Below are positions 9,584-19,519 of a DNA stretch of 64,000 nucleotides, one piece after another (position 1 is the stretch's first letter; the number at the start of each line of letters is the position of its first letter). The position numbers and the translations under genes are program-made. Below the pieces are notes generated by a model. It was not told the origin of the DNA. It made no database searches and saw only the letters and a list, made by a program, of their open reading frames with translations. This stretch comes from Candidatus Methylomirabilia bacterium (lineage in GTDB: Bacteria; Methylomirabilota; Methylomirabilia; Rokubacteriales; CSP1-6), in NCBI GenBank assembly GCA_041496385.1, contig JBGQEL010000002.1, positions 32,001 through 96,000 on the forward strand. Reading direction: 5' to 3'.

Positions 9584-10120
9584 GTGCTGACCGCCGCCGA
9601 GTTCATCCACGCCGAGCTCGGGCGCCTGCACCGGGGGCTCGACCGCGCGCTCGACGGGCTCACCGGAGAGCAGCTCCACGCGGTGCCGGGCGGCCATCCG
9701 AAGGCCAACACGATCGCCTGGGGGCTCTGGCACTACGCGCGGACCGAGGACAACGTCGCGCGCTACGTGATCCAGGACCGGCGGCCGACGGTCTGGATGG
9801 AGGGCAAGTACGCCGAGCGGCTCGGGCTGCCGCCGGTCGCGCAGGGGACGGGGATGTCCGTCGAGGAGGCCCACGCGCTCCGCGTCAAGGACGTCGCGCT
9901 GTTCAAGGACTACATGCAGAAGGTCTGGACCTCCACCGACGAGCTCTTCGGCCGCGCGGACGCGGCGCTCCTCGAGAAGGCCGTGACGATCAAGCCGCTC
10001 GGCGACATGACGGCGCTCCGCGCGCTCGGCCAGGTCGGGCTCACGCACGGCATGACCCACCTCGGCGAGATCGAGCTCGCCCGGACGCTCGTCGGCGCCG
10101 GGCCGGTGCTCGGCGCGTAA
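9584..10120 (+). CDS. DinB-family protein
   Basis: NTIAWGLWH and C-terminal HGMTHLGEI metal-binding His triad. Confidence 0.85.
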   Translation: MLTAAEFIHAELGRLHRGLDRALDGLTGEQLHAVPGGHPKANTIAWGLWHYARTEDNVARYVIQDRRPTVWMEGKYAERLGLPPVAQGTGMSVEEAHALRVKDVALFKDYMQKVWTSTDELFGRADAALLEKAVTIKPLGDMTALRALGQVGLTHGMTHLGEIELARTLVGAGPVLGA

Positions 10121-10136
10121 CCGCGAAGCCCCGCCG

Positions 10137-11150
10137 ATGCGCGCCGCCTTCTATCAGGGGTCGCGGACGTTCACGACCGGGCAGGCGCCGATGCCGGTGC
10201 CCATGCCGGGCGAGGCCCTGCTGCGCGTCCGGCGCGTCGGCATCTGCGGCACCGATCTCCACATCTTCCAGGGCCACCTCGATCACCGGGTGCCGAAGGG
10301 CGGCGTGATCGGCCACGAGACCTTCGCCGAGGTCGTCGAGGCGCCGGCGGCGAGCGGCGTCCGGCCGGGCGACCGGGTCGTCTTCGAGCCGCTCTCGTTC
10401 TGCGGCACGTGCCGCGCCTGCCGGATGGGCGCGACCTATCTCTGCTACGGCCTCAAGATCATCGGCGTGGAGCTGCCGGGCGGGATGCGCGAGTACTGCA
10501 CGGTCCCCGCGGCGCGCCTGCTGAAGGTCCCCGACGCGCTCTCCGACGACCACGCCGCGATGATCGAGCCGCTCGCCGTCGCGGCCCACGACGTCGCGCG
10601 CGCCCAGGTCAAGGCGGGCGACGCGGTCCTGGTCCTGGGCGGCGGGCCCATCGGCGCGCTGATCGCGCTGGTGGCCCGTCACCGCGGCGCCCGCGTGGCC
10701 GTGGCCGAGCTGAACCCGTTCAGGATCGACATCCTCGAATCGCTCGGCCTCGAGACCGTCGGCCCCGACATCGACGTCCTGCGCTTCACGAACGACTGGA
10801 CCGGCGGGACGGGCGTGGACGTGGCGTTCGAGGTCACGGGCAACCCCGCGGCCGCGCGCCTCGTCACCGACGTCGTGCGCGTCTGGGGGACGATCAGCAT
10901 CGTCGCGATCCACGCCGAGCCGATCCCCGTGAACCTCTACCAGATGTTCGCCCGCGAGCTCGTCATGCACGGCAGCCGCCTCTACGCGCGCGAGGACTGG
11001 GAGGAGGCGATCCGGCTCGCCGCCTCGGGCGCCATCCCCGTGGCGCCGCTCGTGACGCGGACGATCCGCCTCGAGGAGCTGCAGCGCGGCATGGAGGAGA
11101 CGCTCGCGGGCGCGCCCGTCATGAAGGTCCTCGTCGACGTCACGGCCTGA
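10137..11150 (+). CDS. Zn-dependent alcohol/sugar dehydrogenase (MDR family)
   Basis: GICGTDLH, GHE, structural-Zn CxxCxxC...C, GGGPIG. Confidence 0.92.
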   Translation: MRAAFYQGSRTFTTGQAPMPVPMPGEALLRVRRVGICGTDLHIFQGHLDHRVPKGGVIGHETFAEVVEAPAASGVRPGDRVVFEPLSFCGTCRACRMGATYLCYGLKIIGVELPGGMREYCTVPAARLLKVPDALSDDHAAMIEPLAVAAHDVARAQVKAGDAVLVLGGGPIGALIALVARHRGARVAVAELNPFRIDILESLGLETVGPDIDVLRFTNDWTGGTGVDVAFEVTGNPAAARLVTDVVRVWGTISIVAIHAEPIPVNLYQMFARELVMHGSRLYAREDWEEAIRLAASGAIPVAPLVTRTIRLEELQRGMEETLAGAPVMKVLVDVTA

Positions 11151-11151
11151 G

Positions 11152-14139
11152 ATGACGCGCCGCCGCCGCGTCCTCCTGGTCGTCGCCGCCGGGCTCGTCG
11201 TCCTGGGCGCCGTCGGCCTCGCCGTGCTCCCCGAGATCGCGCGCCGGGTCGCCGAGACCCAGCTGGCCAAGCTCACCGGGCGCGCCGTCGTCATCCAGGG
11301 CGTGGACCTGAACGTCTTCACGGGCCGCCTCGCCGTGAAGCGCTTCCGCCTCGCGCAGCGCGAGGGCAAGGACGCGGCGATCGAGTTCGAGCGCCTCGAG
11401 GTCCGGGTGGGGCTCCTCTCGCTCCTGACCTCGAACGTGCGCGTGCGCGAGCTGACGCTGACCCGGCCGACGATCCGCGTGACGCGCACCGGACCCGCGG
11501 AGTTCGATTTCTCCGACATCCTGGCGCGCCTCCCGGCCGCCGATCCGAACGCCAAGCCCTCGACGCGGGCCGTGACCGTCGAGCGGCTCACGCTCGCGCA
11601 GGCCACGGTGCTCGCGCGGGATCAGGCCGTCACGCCGGCGGCGGAGTGGCGCGTGGAGGACCTGGGCGTCGAGCTCCAGAACCTGACGACGCGCGAGGGC
11701 GCCGGGCCCGGGCATCTGGAGGTCGCCCTCAAGCTCAACGGCGCGCGGATCGCGGTGAAGGACGGTGGCGTCGCGCTCAAGCCGCTTGCCTTCTCAGGGC
11801 GCGTCGCGGTCGACGGCTTCGATCTCGCGGCGGCCGTCCCCTACATCCCGCCAGGGCTGCCCGCCGCGCCGCGCGCCGGACGCCTCACGGCCGGGCTCGA
11901 CGTCGCGCTCGAGAAGGGCGCCGAGGCGCTCGGACGGCTCCGCGTCGCCGGCGAGGTGAAGCTCGAGGGGCTCGAGGTGATCCAGACGGGAGGGGCGGCG
12001 CCGTTCCTCGTCCTGCCCCGGCTCGCCGTCGCGATCAAGGAGGCGGACCTCGTGGCCCGCTCGATCACCGTCGCGTCGGTGGAGCTCGACGGCCTCGACC
12101 TCAAGGTGGCACGCGACGCGAAGGGCGTGATCGATCTCCTGGCGCTCGCGGCGACGCCCGCCGGGGACGCGCCCGCCGCGCCGCCCGCTCCCGCGCCGGC
12201 CGCCGCCGGGCCCACCGCCCAGCCGGCGCCGCAGCTCCAGCTCAGGATCTCGGACATTGCCCTGCGCGGCTCGAAGGCCGCATTCACCGACGCGATGGTC
12301 GCGCCCGTCACGACGCTCGTGCTGACCAACCTCACCGCGCGCGTCCGTGATCTCACCTGGCCGAGCACGGCGCCCGCGGACCTCGAGGTGGCGACGACGC
12401 TGCCGGGAGGCGGCAAGCTCGAGCTGAAAGGCCGCGTCACGCCGCTCCCGCTCGACCTCGAGATCGTGACGTCCATGCGCAACGCGCCCATCAGGCCCTA
12501 CGCCGCGTACATTCCCGTCAACGCGGCCTTCGCCGGCACCTTCAACGGCGACAGCCGCTCGCGCGTCCGGATCGCGAACGGCGCGTTCACGGCTCAGTCC
12601 AAGGGCACGAGCTGGATCGACGGCCTCGAGCTGCAGGCTCCCGGCGAGACCACGCCGGCCGCGCGCCTGGAGCGCGTCCGCCTGGACGGCATCGACTTCG
12701 CCTGGCCGCAGCACGCCAAGGCCGCGAAGGTCACGGTCACCAAGCCGGAAATCCGCCTGGAACGTGACGCCGACGGCACGATCAATCTGCGCAAGCTCTT
12801 CGAGCCGCGCTCCGCGCCCGGTGGGGGGACTGTGGGGGGCACGGCTGGGCTCGGAACTACACTCGCCGCCGCACCCCCCACAGTCCCCCCACCGGGCGCG
12901 GCGTCGGCGGCGACTGCATCAGCGGAGAAGGAGAAGAAGTCGACGCTGCCGCTCGCGGTCGAGCTCGGCCAGATCGTCGTGGAGGACGGGTTCGCGCGGT
13001 TTCTCGACCGGACGACGACGCCCGCGTTCTCCGAGACCGTGTCGCGTCTCAACCTCACGATCGACGGGCTCTCGAACGAGCCGGGCCGGCGCGCGAAGCT
13101 CACGATGCAGGGCATCGTCGGCGGCGACGCCGCGCTCGACCTGCGCGGCGAGATCGCGCCGCTGGGCGAGCTCTACGCCGACCTCGTCGGCGAGCTGCGC
13201 GACTTCTCGCTGCCCAGCGTGAATCCCTACGCGGAGAGCTTCGTCGCCTGGTTCCTGCGCAGCGGCAGGCTCGGCGTCCGCATCCACTACCGCGTCGAGA
13301 AGGACCAGCTCACGGCGGACAACGAGATCATCGTGCAGAACCTCACGGTGGCGCCCTCCCAGCAGCACGAGGACGAGGTGAAGAAGCGGATCGGCCTGCC
13401 GCTCGGGCTGATCGTCGCCCTCATCACCGACTCCAAGAACGGGATCAAGTTCAACGTGCCGATCTCGGGCCCGCTCGCGCAGTGGCAGGTGGGCATCAGC
13501 GACGCGATCTGGGCGGCGATCAAGAACGCCGTCGTCAACATCGTCGCCGCGCCCTTCCGCGCGATCGGCCGGCTCTTCAAGGGCAAGGACGACACGGTCG
13601 AGGAGCTGAAGGTCGAGCCCGTGACGTTCGCCGCGGGGAGCGCGGTGCTCGCCCCGGCGATGGAGCGGCACCTGACGCAGGTCGGCGACTTTCTTCGCAA
13701 GGCGCCCCTCATCAAGCTCGGGCTGGCCCCGGTCCTGACGGCGCGCGACAGCGACAGCCTCCGGGCGCAGGAGCTGACCGCGCGCCTCCAGAAGCTGCAG
13801 CAAGAGCGCGGGCTCGCCGACTACGCCGCCGCGGTGACCCTCGACCTTCGCGAGCGCCTCCCCGAGGTGCCGCTGCCGGAGAAGGCCGAGGAGCAGCTCG
13901 CCCTGCTCCGTGCGCGCGAGCCGTTGCCGCCCGCGCGCCTGGCCGAGCTGCAGACGCGCCGCCTCGACGCCGTGCGCGAGGCCCTCGTGAAGGTCGAGGG
14001 TATCCCGGCCGACCGGCTGATCGCCGCCGGCGACGCCCCGGCGACTGCCGCGCCCGCACCGCCGTCCGCGCCCGCGCCATCGGCGTCGGCGGCGGCCGAC
14101 GCCGTGGACGGCCGGATCGAATTCCGCATCGCGAACTGA
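11152..14139 (+). CDS. DUF748-repeat (AsmA-like) envelope protein
   Basis: N-terminal TM anchor, repeated beta-rich modules, GLPLGLIVALITD...INVPISG-type motif and C-terminal 'aPFraIG...VTFAAGS' region typical of DUF748 proteins. Confidence 0.8.
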   Translation: MTRRRRVLLVVAAGLVVLGAVGLAVLPEIARRVAETQLAKLTGRAVVIQGVDLNVFTGRLAVKRFRLAQREGKDAAIEFERLEVRVGLLSLLTSNVRVRELTLTRPTIRVTRTGPAEFDFSDILARLPAADPNAKPSTRAVTVERLTLAQATVLARDQAVTPAAEWRVEDLGVELQNLTTREGAGPGHLEVALKLNGARIAVKDGGVALKPLAFSGRVAVDGFDLAAAVPYIPPGLPAAPRAGRLTAGLDVALEKGAEALGRLRVAGEVKLEGLEVIQTGGAAPFLVLPRLAVAIKEADLVARSITVASVELDGLDLKVARDAKGVIDLLALAATPAGDAPAAPPAPAPAAAGPTAQPAPQLQLRISDIALRGSKAAFTDAMVAPVTTLVLTNLTARVRDLTWPSTAPADLEVATTLPGGGKLELKGRVTPLPLDLEIVTSMRNAPIRPYAAYIPVNAAFAGTFNGDSRSRVRIANGAFTAQSKGTSWIDGLELQAPGETTPAARLERVRLDGIDFAWPQHAKAAKVTVTKPEIRLERDADGTINLRKLFEPRSAPGGGTVGGTAGLGTTLAAAPPTVPPPGAASAATASAEKEKKSTLPLAVELGQIVVEDGFARFLDRTTTPAFSETVSRLNLTIDGLSNEPGRRAKLTMQGIVGGDAALDLRGEIAPLGELYADLVGELRDFSLPSVNPYAESFVAWFLRSGRLGVRIHYRVEKDQLTADNEIIVQNLTVAPSQQHEDEVKKRIGLPLGLIVALITDSKNGIKFNVPISGPLAQWQVGISDAIWAAIKNAVVNIVAAPFRAIGRLFKGKDDTVEELKVEPVTFAAGSAVLAPAMERHLTQVGDFLRKAPLIKLGLAPVLTARDSDSLRAQELTARLQKLQQERGLADYAAAVTLDLRERLPEVPLPEKAEEQLALLRAREPLPPARLAELQTRRLDAVREALVKVEGIPADRLIAAGDAPATAAPAPPSAPAPSASAAADAVDGRIEFRIAN
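12812..12901. repeat. Perfect 28-bp inverted repeat with 34-bp loop, in frame inside the DUF748 CDS
   Basis: 12812-12839 CCGCGCCCGGTGGGGGGACTGTGGGGGG is the exact reverse complement of 12874-12901. Confidence 0.95.
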
Positions 14140-14144
14140 GCCCG

Positions 14145-14867
14145 GTGTCCCCCCACTGGGCGGCGGGCGCCCTCATCATCGCCGCGGCGAGCCTCGTCAT
14201 GGGGCTCGCCGGCTTCGGCATCGGGCTGGTCTCGCTCGCGTTCCTGCCCTACATCATGGCGCCCGCGGACGCGATCGTGCTCATGACGCTCTACGCGGCG
14301 GTCGGGGCGCTCGCGATCTTCGTGCCGGTGCGCCGCGACTTCGCGCCCCGGCGCGTGGCCGACCTCGTGCTGGGCTCGGTGGTCGGCACGCCGCTCGGCG
14401 TCTGGACGCTCGCGAGCACGCCCGCGAGCGTGCTGAACCGGCTCATCGGTCTCATGCTGCTCGTCGCCGTCGCGCTCGAGTGGCGCGGCCTCTACCCCGA
14501 GAGGCTCGCGGGCCGCGGCTGGGGCCTCGGCGCCGGCGTGCTCGCGGGGGTGATCGGCGGCGCCGTCGGCACGCCGGGACCGCCCGTCGTCCTCTACGCC
14601 ACGACGCAGGGCTGGAGCCCGCGGACGATCAAGGCGAACCTCCAGGCCTTCTTCATCGTCAACCAGGTGGTGATCCTGGTGGGCTACTGGTGGGCGGGGC
14701 TCCTCACGCGCGAGGTCTGGCGTCTCGCGGCCGTCTACGCGCCGCCCGCCATCGCCGGCGTGGCCGCGGGAATGGCGCTCTTCACCCGGATCGATCCTGT
14801 CCGCTTTCGGCGAGTCGTCTTCGGGCTGATCTTCGTCTCGGGCCTGGTGCTGCTCGCGCGGGGCTAG
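14145..14867 (+). CDS. TauE/SafE-family (sulfite exporter-like) membrane protein
   Basis: GLAGFGIGL, GTPLG and GTPGPPVVLY motifs; about 8 TM segments. Confidence 0.85.
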   Translation: MSPHWAAGALIIAAASLVMGLAGFGIGLVSLAFLPYIMAPADAIVLMTLYAAVGALAIFVPVRRDFAPRRVADLVLGSVVGTPLGVWTLASTPASVLNRLIGLMLLVAVALEWRGLYPERLAGRGWGLGAGVLAGVIGGAVGTPGPPVVLYATTQGWSPRTIKANLQAFFIVNQVVILVGYWWAGLLTREVWRLAAVYAPPAIAGVAAGMALFTRIDPVRFRRVVFGLIFVSGLVLLARG

Positions 14868-14870
14868 TCG

Positions 14871-15365
14871 CTACCGCCGGGGCGCCGCGCGCCACGCGGC
14901 CACGTTCGCCTCGATCTGCCGCGCGTGCACCTCGAGGTGCTCGGCGTAGATCCTGAGCCACTCCTCCGCGGTGTACCGGCCCGACTCGGTGTGCCGGCCC
15001 ACGCGCGCCCACGCCTCGTCGCCGAGGCGCCGGATGAGCGCGGCCGTGTTGGCGCGGACCGCGTCGACCGTGGCGAGCGCGGGCTCGAGCGGGGCCGCGT
15101 GGTAGTCGAATTCGCGCGCCCACTGCTCCTGGTCGTAACCCTGGACGACGGGGTCCTTCTCGGCGAGCACGTAGCGGATGCGCGCGTAGCTGTTCGTCTC
15201 GGAGTCGGCGCAGTGACAGACGACCTCGTGCGCCGACCACTCGCCCGGCGCCGGACGCCACGTCATCGCCTCCGCGGGCACCGTCGCGAGCGCGGCGCGC
15301 AGGCGCGCGGGCCCGGCGGCGTACTGGGCGATCAGCTGCTCGCGCTCGGTCCTGGACAGGGTCAT
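14871..15365 (-). CDS. DinB-family protein
   Basis: WRPAPGEWSAHEVVCHCADSE and HLEVHARQI. Confidence 0.88.
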   Translation of the reverse strand: MTLSRTEREQLIAQYAAGPARLRAALATVPAEAMTWRPAPGEWSAHEVVCHCADSETNSYARIRYVLAEKDPVVQGYDQEQWAREFDYHAAPLEPALATVDAVRANTAALIRRLGDEAWARVGRHTESGRYTAEEWLRIYAEHLEVHARQIEANVAAWRAAPRR

Positions 15366-15366
15366 C

Positions 15367-15795
15367 TCAGCCCTCCGCGATCTTCCGCTGCAGCACCTTG
15401 GCGAGCGACGCGGGGGCGAAGCCGAGCTGCAGCAGCGCCTGGCCCTCGTCGAAGTACTCGCGATAGTCGGCGATCCGTCCGTCGGCCAGCTCGAAGACGC
15501 TCATGCCGCGGAAGCGCACCTTGCGCCCGGCGCTTCGCGGCACCGCCTCCGTGACGACGTAGCCGAAGCTCCACTCGGCCGCGGCGCGGCGGCCGTCCTC
15601 GACGACGGTCTCGAACGTCCAGGCGTAGTCGCGGCCCTCGCGAAACATGCGCTCGAACATCGCGCGCAGCGCCGCGTGCCCCGTGTGGCGTCCGAAGAAC
15701 GTGTCCGTATAGCTCCCCGCCGGTGCCCACAGCGGGACGAGGGCATCCACGTCCCGGCGGTTGAAGGCGCGCTCGAAGTCCCGGACGACGCTCAC
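15367..15795 (-). CDS. SnoaL-like/NTF2-family protein
   Basis: AFNRRD...GMSVFELADGRIADYREYFD pattern; overlaps the leuD-like stop. Confidence 0.85.
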   Translation of the reverse strand: MSVVRDFERAFNRRDVDALVPLWAPAGSYTDTFFGRHTGHAALRAMFERMFREGRDYAWTFETVVEDGRRAAAEWSFGYVVTEAVPRSAGRKVRFRGMSVFELADGRIADYREYFDEGQALLQLGFAPASLAKVLQRKIAEG

Positions 15796-16421
15796 GACGC
15801 CGGGCTCCCGGCGACGAGCCAGCCCATCTCGGTCCGTTGCCGGCGCTCGAACGCGGCGATCGCGGCTTCCTGAGAGAGCGTGAGCGCGATCTCGTCCTGG
15901 CCCGTCAGCAACGCCTGCTTGCGGAACGGATCGACCTCGAAGGGGTGCGCGACACCGTCCGGGTCCGTCACCGTCTGCGTCTCGAGATCCACGGCGAGCG
16001 CGGTGCCGGGGCGCGCGTGGAGCTGACGCCGGAGACCGGCGACGGCCGCGGCGGGCAGGATCACGGGCAGCAGCCCGTTCTTGTAGCAGTTCTGGTGGAA
16101 GATGTCGCCGAGGCTCGGCGCGATCACCGAGCGCACACCGTAGGCCTCGAGCACCCAGACGGCCATCTCGCGCGAGGACCCGCAGCCGAAGTTCTCCGCG
16201 ACGACCAGGATGTGCGCGCCGCGGTAGGGCGCCTGGTTCAGGACGAACTCCGGCCGCTCCGAGCCGTCGGCGTCGAAGCGCACGTCGTGGAAGAGGAACC
16301 CCGCATAGCCGGGCGTCGCCCGCGGCTTGCGGAGGAAGCGCGCCGGGATGATACGGTCCGTGTCCACGTTCGGCAGGTCGATCGGCGCGGCGACGGCGCT
16401 GAGCCGCGTGAACGGCCGCAT
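15792..16421 (-). CDS. leuD: 3-isopropylmalate dehydratase-type small subunit
   Basis: NVDTDRIIPARFL, NFGCGSSRE, DIFxxNxxKNGLLP. Confidence 0.88.
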   Translation of the reverse strand: MRPFTRLSAVAAPIDLPNVDTDRIIPARFLRKPRATPGYAGFLFHDVRFDADGSERPEFVLNQAPYRGAHILVVAENFGCGSSREMAVWVLEAYGVRSVIAPSLGDIFHQNCYKNGLLPVILPAAAVAGLRRQLHARPGTALAVDLETQTVTDPDGVAHPFEVDPFRKQALLTGQDEIALTLSQEAAIAAFERRQRTEMGWLVAGSPAS

Positions 16422-17806
16422 CAGAGCGTCCGCACGTCGGTGAGCCGCCCCGTGACCGCGGCCGCCGCCGCCATCGCGGGCGACATGAGGTGCGTGCGCG
16501 CGCCCTTGCCCTGACGTCCCTCGAAGTTGCGGTTCGACGTCGACGCCACGCGCTCGCCCTCGCGCGCCGTCTCGCCGTTCATCCCGACGCACATCGAGCA
16601 GCCCGCCTCGCGCCACTCGAAGCCGGCCTCGACGAAGACACGATCGAGCCCCTCGGCCTCGGCCGCGCGGCGGATCAGCCCCGAGCCGGGCACGACCCAC
16701 GCCGGCACGAGGGCGCGGCGTCCCCGGACGACGCGCGCCGCGGCGCGCAGGTCGTCGAGCCGGCTGTTCGTGCAGGAGCCGATGAAGACGCGGTCCACCG
16801 TGACGTCGGTCAACGGTGTGCCGGGCGCCAGCCCCATGTAGGCGAGCGCGCGCGTCATGCTCTCGCGGCGCGCGACGTCGGCGATCGCGCCGGGGTCGGG
16901 CACGCGCGCCGTGACGGGCAGCGCATCCTGCGGACTCGTGCCCCAGGTCACGGTCGGCGCGATCTCGCCCGCGGCCAGCGCCACCTCGCGGTCGAACGTC
17001 GCGCCCGGGTCGCTCGGCAGCGCCGTCCAGGCGGCGAGCGCCTGCGCCCACGCGGCGCCCGTGGGGGCGAACGGCTTGCCCTCGACGTACGCGAACGTCG
17101 TCGTGTCGGGCGCCACCATGCCGGTGCGCGCGCCCGCCTCGATCGACATGTTGCAGACCGTCATGCGCTCGTCCATGGACATGGCGCGGATCGCCTCGCC
17201 GGCGTACTCGATGGCGTGGCCCACGCCGCCGCCGGCGCCGATCGTCGCGATGATCGTCAGGATCACGTCCTTGGCGGTGACGCCGGGGCCGAGCCGGCCC
17301 TCGACGGCGACGCGCATGGTGCGCGGCTTCTTCTGCCAGAGCGCCTGCGTCGCCAGCACGTGCTCGACTTCGCTCGAGCCGATCCCGAAGGCGAGCGCGC
17401 CGAAGGCGCCGTGGGTCGCCGTGTGCGAGTCGCCGCAGACGAGCGTGATCCCGGGAAGCGTCAGCCCCTGCTCCGGGCCGATGACGTGCACGATCCCGCG
17501 CCGCGCGTCGCCCACGTCGAAGTGGACGATCCCCTGTCGCGCGGTGTGGCGCGTGAGGTTCTCGACCATGCCGCGGATCTCGGGGTCGGCGGCGACCGCG
17601 CCCGGCGCCGTGAGCAGGTAGTGATCCGTCGTCGCGAAGGAGAGCTCCGGCCGCCGCACCCGCCGGCCCTGCGCCGCGAGCCGGCCGAAGGCGCTGGTCG
17701 AGCCCTCGTGCAGCAGGTGCCGGTCGATGTAGAGGAGGACGTGGCCCCCCGGCCCCTCGGCCACGACGTGGCGCGACCAGATCTTCTCGAACATCGTCTG
17801 CGGCAT
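16421..17806 (-). CDS. leuC: 3-isopropylmalate dehydratase-type large subunit (possibly a catabolic paralog)
   Basis: [45 protein letters not shown]. Confidence 0.9.
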   Translation of the reverse strand: MPQTMFEKIWSRHVVAEGPGGHVLLYIDRHLLHEGSTSAFGRLAAQGRRVRRPELSFATTDHYLLTAPGAVAADPEIRGMVENLTRHTARQGIVHFDVGDARRGIVHVIGPEQGLTLPGITLVCGDSHTATHGAFGALAFGIGSSEVEHVLATQALWQKKPRTMRVAVEGRLGPGVTAKDVILTIIATIGAGGGVGHAIEYAGEAIRAMSMDERMTVCNMSIEAGARTGMVAPDTTTFAYVEGKPFAPTGAAWAQALAAWTALPSDPGATFDREVALAAGEIAPTVTWGTSPQDALPVTARVPDPGAIADVARRESMTRALAYMGLAPGTPLTDVTVDRVFIGSCTNSRLDDLRAAARVVRGRRALVPAWVVPGSGLIRRAAEAEGLDRVFVEAGFEWREAGCSMCVGMNGETAREGERVASTSNRNFEGRQGKGARTHLMSPAMAAAAAVTGRLTDVRTL

Positions 17807-17835
17807 GGCGGGCGCTCGGATCCTCCCGAGCCGGA

Positions 17836-17864
17836 AGATTACCCGGTGTCACGGCGCATCTCAA
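17836..17864 (-). promoter_or_regulatory. Sigma70-type promoter for the leuC-like operon
   Basis: Reverse strand TTGAGA (17859-17864), 17 bp, TAATCT (17836-17841). Confidence 0.55.
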
Positions 17865-17902
17865 CTGTGAGAGACTCTTTCCCAAATTCACGGGAGGTCT
17901 CC

Positions 17903-19516
17903 ATGCGTCACGCCACGATCCTGCTCGGGCTCGCGCTGACCCTCGTTCCCCTGGCGACGCCGGCGGCCGCGCAGGCGCCGGCGGCGCGCGAGGGCAAGCC
18001 GGGCGGCATCCTGCGTCTCCTGCTGCGCGAGGACCTGCCCCAGGGGTTCTCGATGCACGAGACGGCGACCAACTCCGTCACGTGGCCCGGGATGCCCTGC
18101 TACAGCAACCTCGTCGTCTTCGACCAGCAGAAGCAGCTCGAGCGCCCCGAGACGATCGTCCCCGAGCTGGCCGAGCGCTGGTCCTGGCAGGACGGCTACC
18201 GCAACCTCGTGTTCTTCCTGCGCCGGGACGTCCGCTGGCACGACGGGCAGCCGTTCACCTCGAAGGACGTGAAGTTCACCTTCGACATGGTGCGCGAGGC
18301 CAAGGACACGCCGCTCCGGCTCCGGCTCAACCCGCGCAAGGAGTGGTACGCCAACGTCGACGCCGTCGAGGCGCCCGACGCGACCACCGTCATCTTCAGG
18401 CTCAAGCGCCCGCAGCCGTCGTTGCTGGTGATGCTCGCCTCCGGCTACTCGCCCGTGCTGCCGGCGCACGTGCCGCCGGCGGAGCACCGCTCGCGCTGCG
18501 TGGGCACGGGGCCCTTCAAGCTCAAGGAGTGGCGGCGGGGCGAGTCCGTCGAGTTCGTGCGCAACCCCGACTATTTCGTCAAGGGTCGCCCGTACCTCGA
18601 CGGCGTGCGCTACACCATCATCGTCGAGCGCGGCACGCGGGCCGCCGCGCTGCAGGCGGCGCAGGTGGACGCGTCCTACCCCGGCGAGATCACGATCAAC
18701 CAGTGGGAGCAGCTCCGGGCCGCCGTGCCCAGGATGGTGTTCACCGAGACCGCCTCGAACGTCAGCGAGAACCTGCTACTCAACACCAAGCGGCCGCCCT
18801 TCGACAACGTGAAGGTCCGCCGCGCGCTCAGCCTCGCCATCAACCGCCGCGCGTACACGCAGGCCGTGCACCGCGGGAGCGCCGTGATCGGCGCCGCCCT
18901 CTCGCCCAAGCCCTGGGGGGTCTGGGGGCTGCTCGAGCGTGACCTCGTCCAGCTCCCGGGCTACGGTCGCGCGGCCGACGACAAGGCGAGGGCGCGCAAG
19001 CTGCTGGCCGAGGCGGGCTTCACCCCCGCCAGTCCGCTGAAGGTCGAGATGGTGACGCGCGGCATCGCCATCTACCTCGACTTCGCGTCATACGTCGTCA
19101 GCGAGCTCCGGCAGGTCGGGCTCGAGGTCACGCTCAAGCAGATCGAGACGGCCCAGTGGCATCCGATGGTCACGCGGCGCGAGTACCAGATCGCCGCCAA
19201 CCTGACCGGCCTCGGCGTGGACGACCCCGACGCCAACTTCTACGAGAACTACGCCTGCGGCTCGGCGCGCAACTACCGCGACTACTGCAACGAGCAGGTC
19301 ATGAAGGCGATCGAGCAGCAGTCGCAGGAGACCGACCCCCAAAAGCGCCAGGCGCTCGTCTGGCAGATCCAGAAACAGCTCGAGGAGGACGCCGCGCGGC
19401 CCACCATGGGCTGGCGCACGGACCGCTTCGCGCATCACCCGTGGGTCAAGAACCTCGTGCCGCACAACGTCACGTACAACTGGCCGCGCCTTCAAGACAC
19501 GTGGCTCGACCGGTAG
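17903..19516 (+). CDS. ABC transporter substrate-binding protein, family 5 (peptide/nickel type)
   Basis: Signal peptide; PELAERW, VRWHDGQPFTSKDVKFTF, GTGPFK, PFDNVKVRRAL; GGGAGG RBS. Confidence 0.92.
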   Translation: MRHATILLGLALTLVPLATPAAAQAPAAREGKPGGILRLLLREDLPQGFSMHETATNSVTWPGMPCYSNLVVFDQQKQLERPETIVPELAERWSWQDGYRNLVFFLRRDVRWHDGQPFTSKDVKFTFDMVREAKDTPLRLRLNPRKEWYANVDAVEAPDATTVIFRLKRPQPSLLVMLASGYSPVLPAHVPPAEHRSRCVGTGPFKLKEWRRGESVEFVRNPDYFVKGRPYLDGVRYTIIVERGTRAAALQAAQVDASYPGEITINQWEQLRAAVPRMVFTETASNVSENLLLNTKRPPFDNVKVRRALSLAINRRAYTQAVHRGSAVIGAALSPKPWGVWGLLERDLVQLPGYGRAADDKARARKLLAEAGFTPASPLKVEMVTRGIAIYLDFASYVVSELRQVGLEVTLKQIETAQWHPMVTRREYQIAANLTGLGVDDPDANFYENYACGSARNYRDYCNEQVMKAIEQQSQETDPQKRQALVWQIQKQLEEDAARPTMGWRTDRFAHHPWVKNLVPHNVTYNWPRLQDTWLDR

Positions 19517-19519
19517 CCC

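Noticed and set aside
16490..19516. Apparent large fusions from the ORF track (1008 aa here; also 38097-41426, 40013-43048, 31850-34159, 20088-22379)
   Set aside because: The N-terminal parts are off-frame or antisense read-through; true starts lie downstream with an RBS or stop/start overlap
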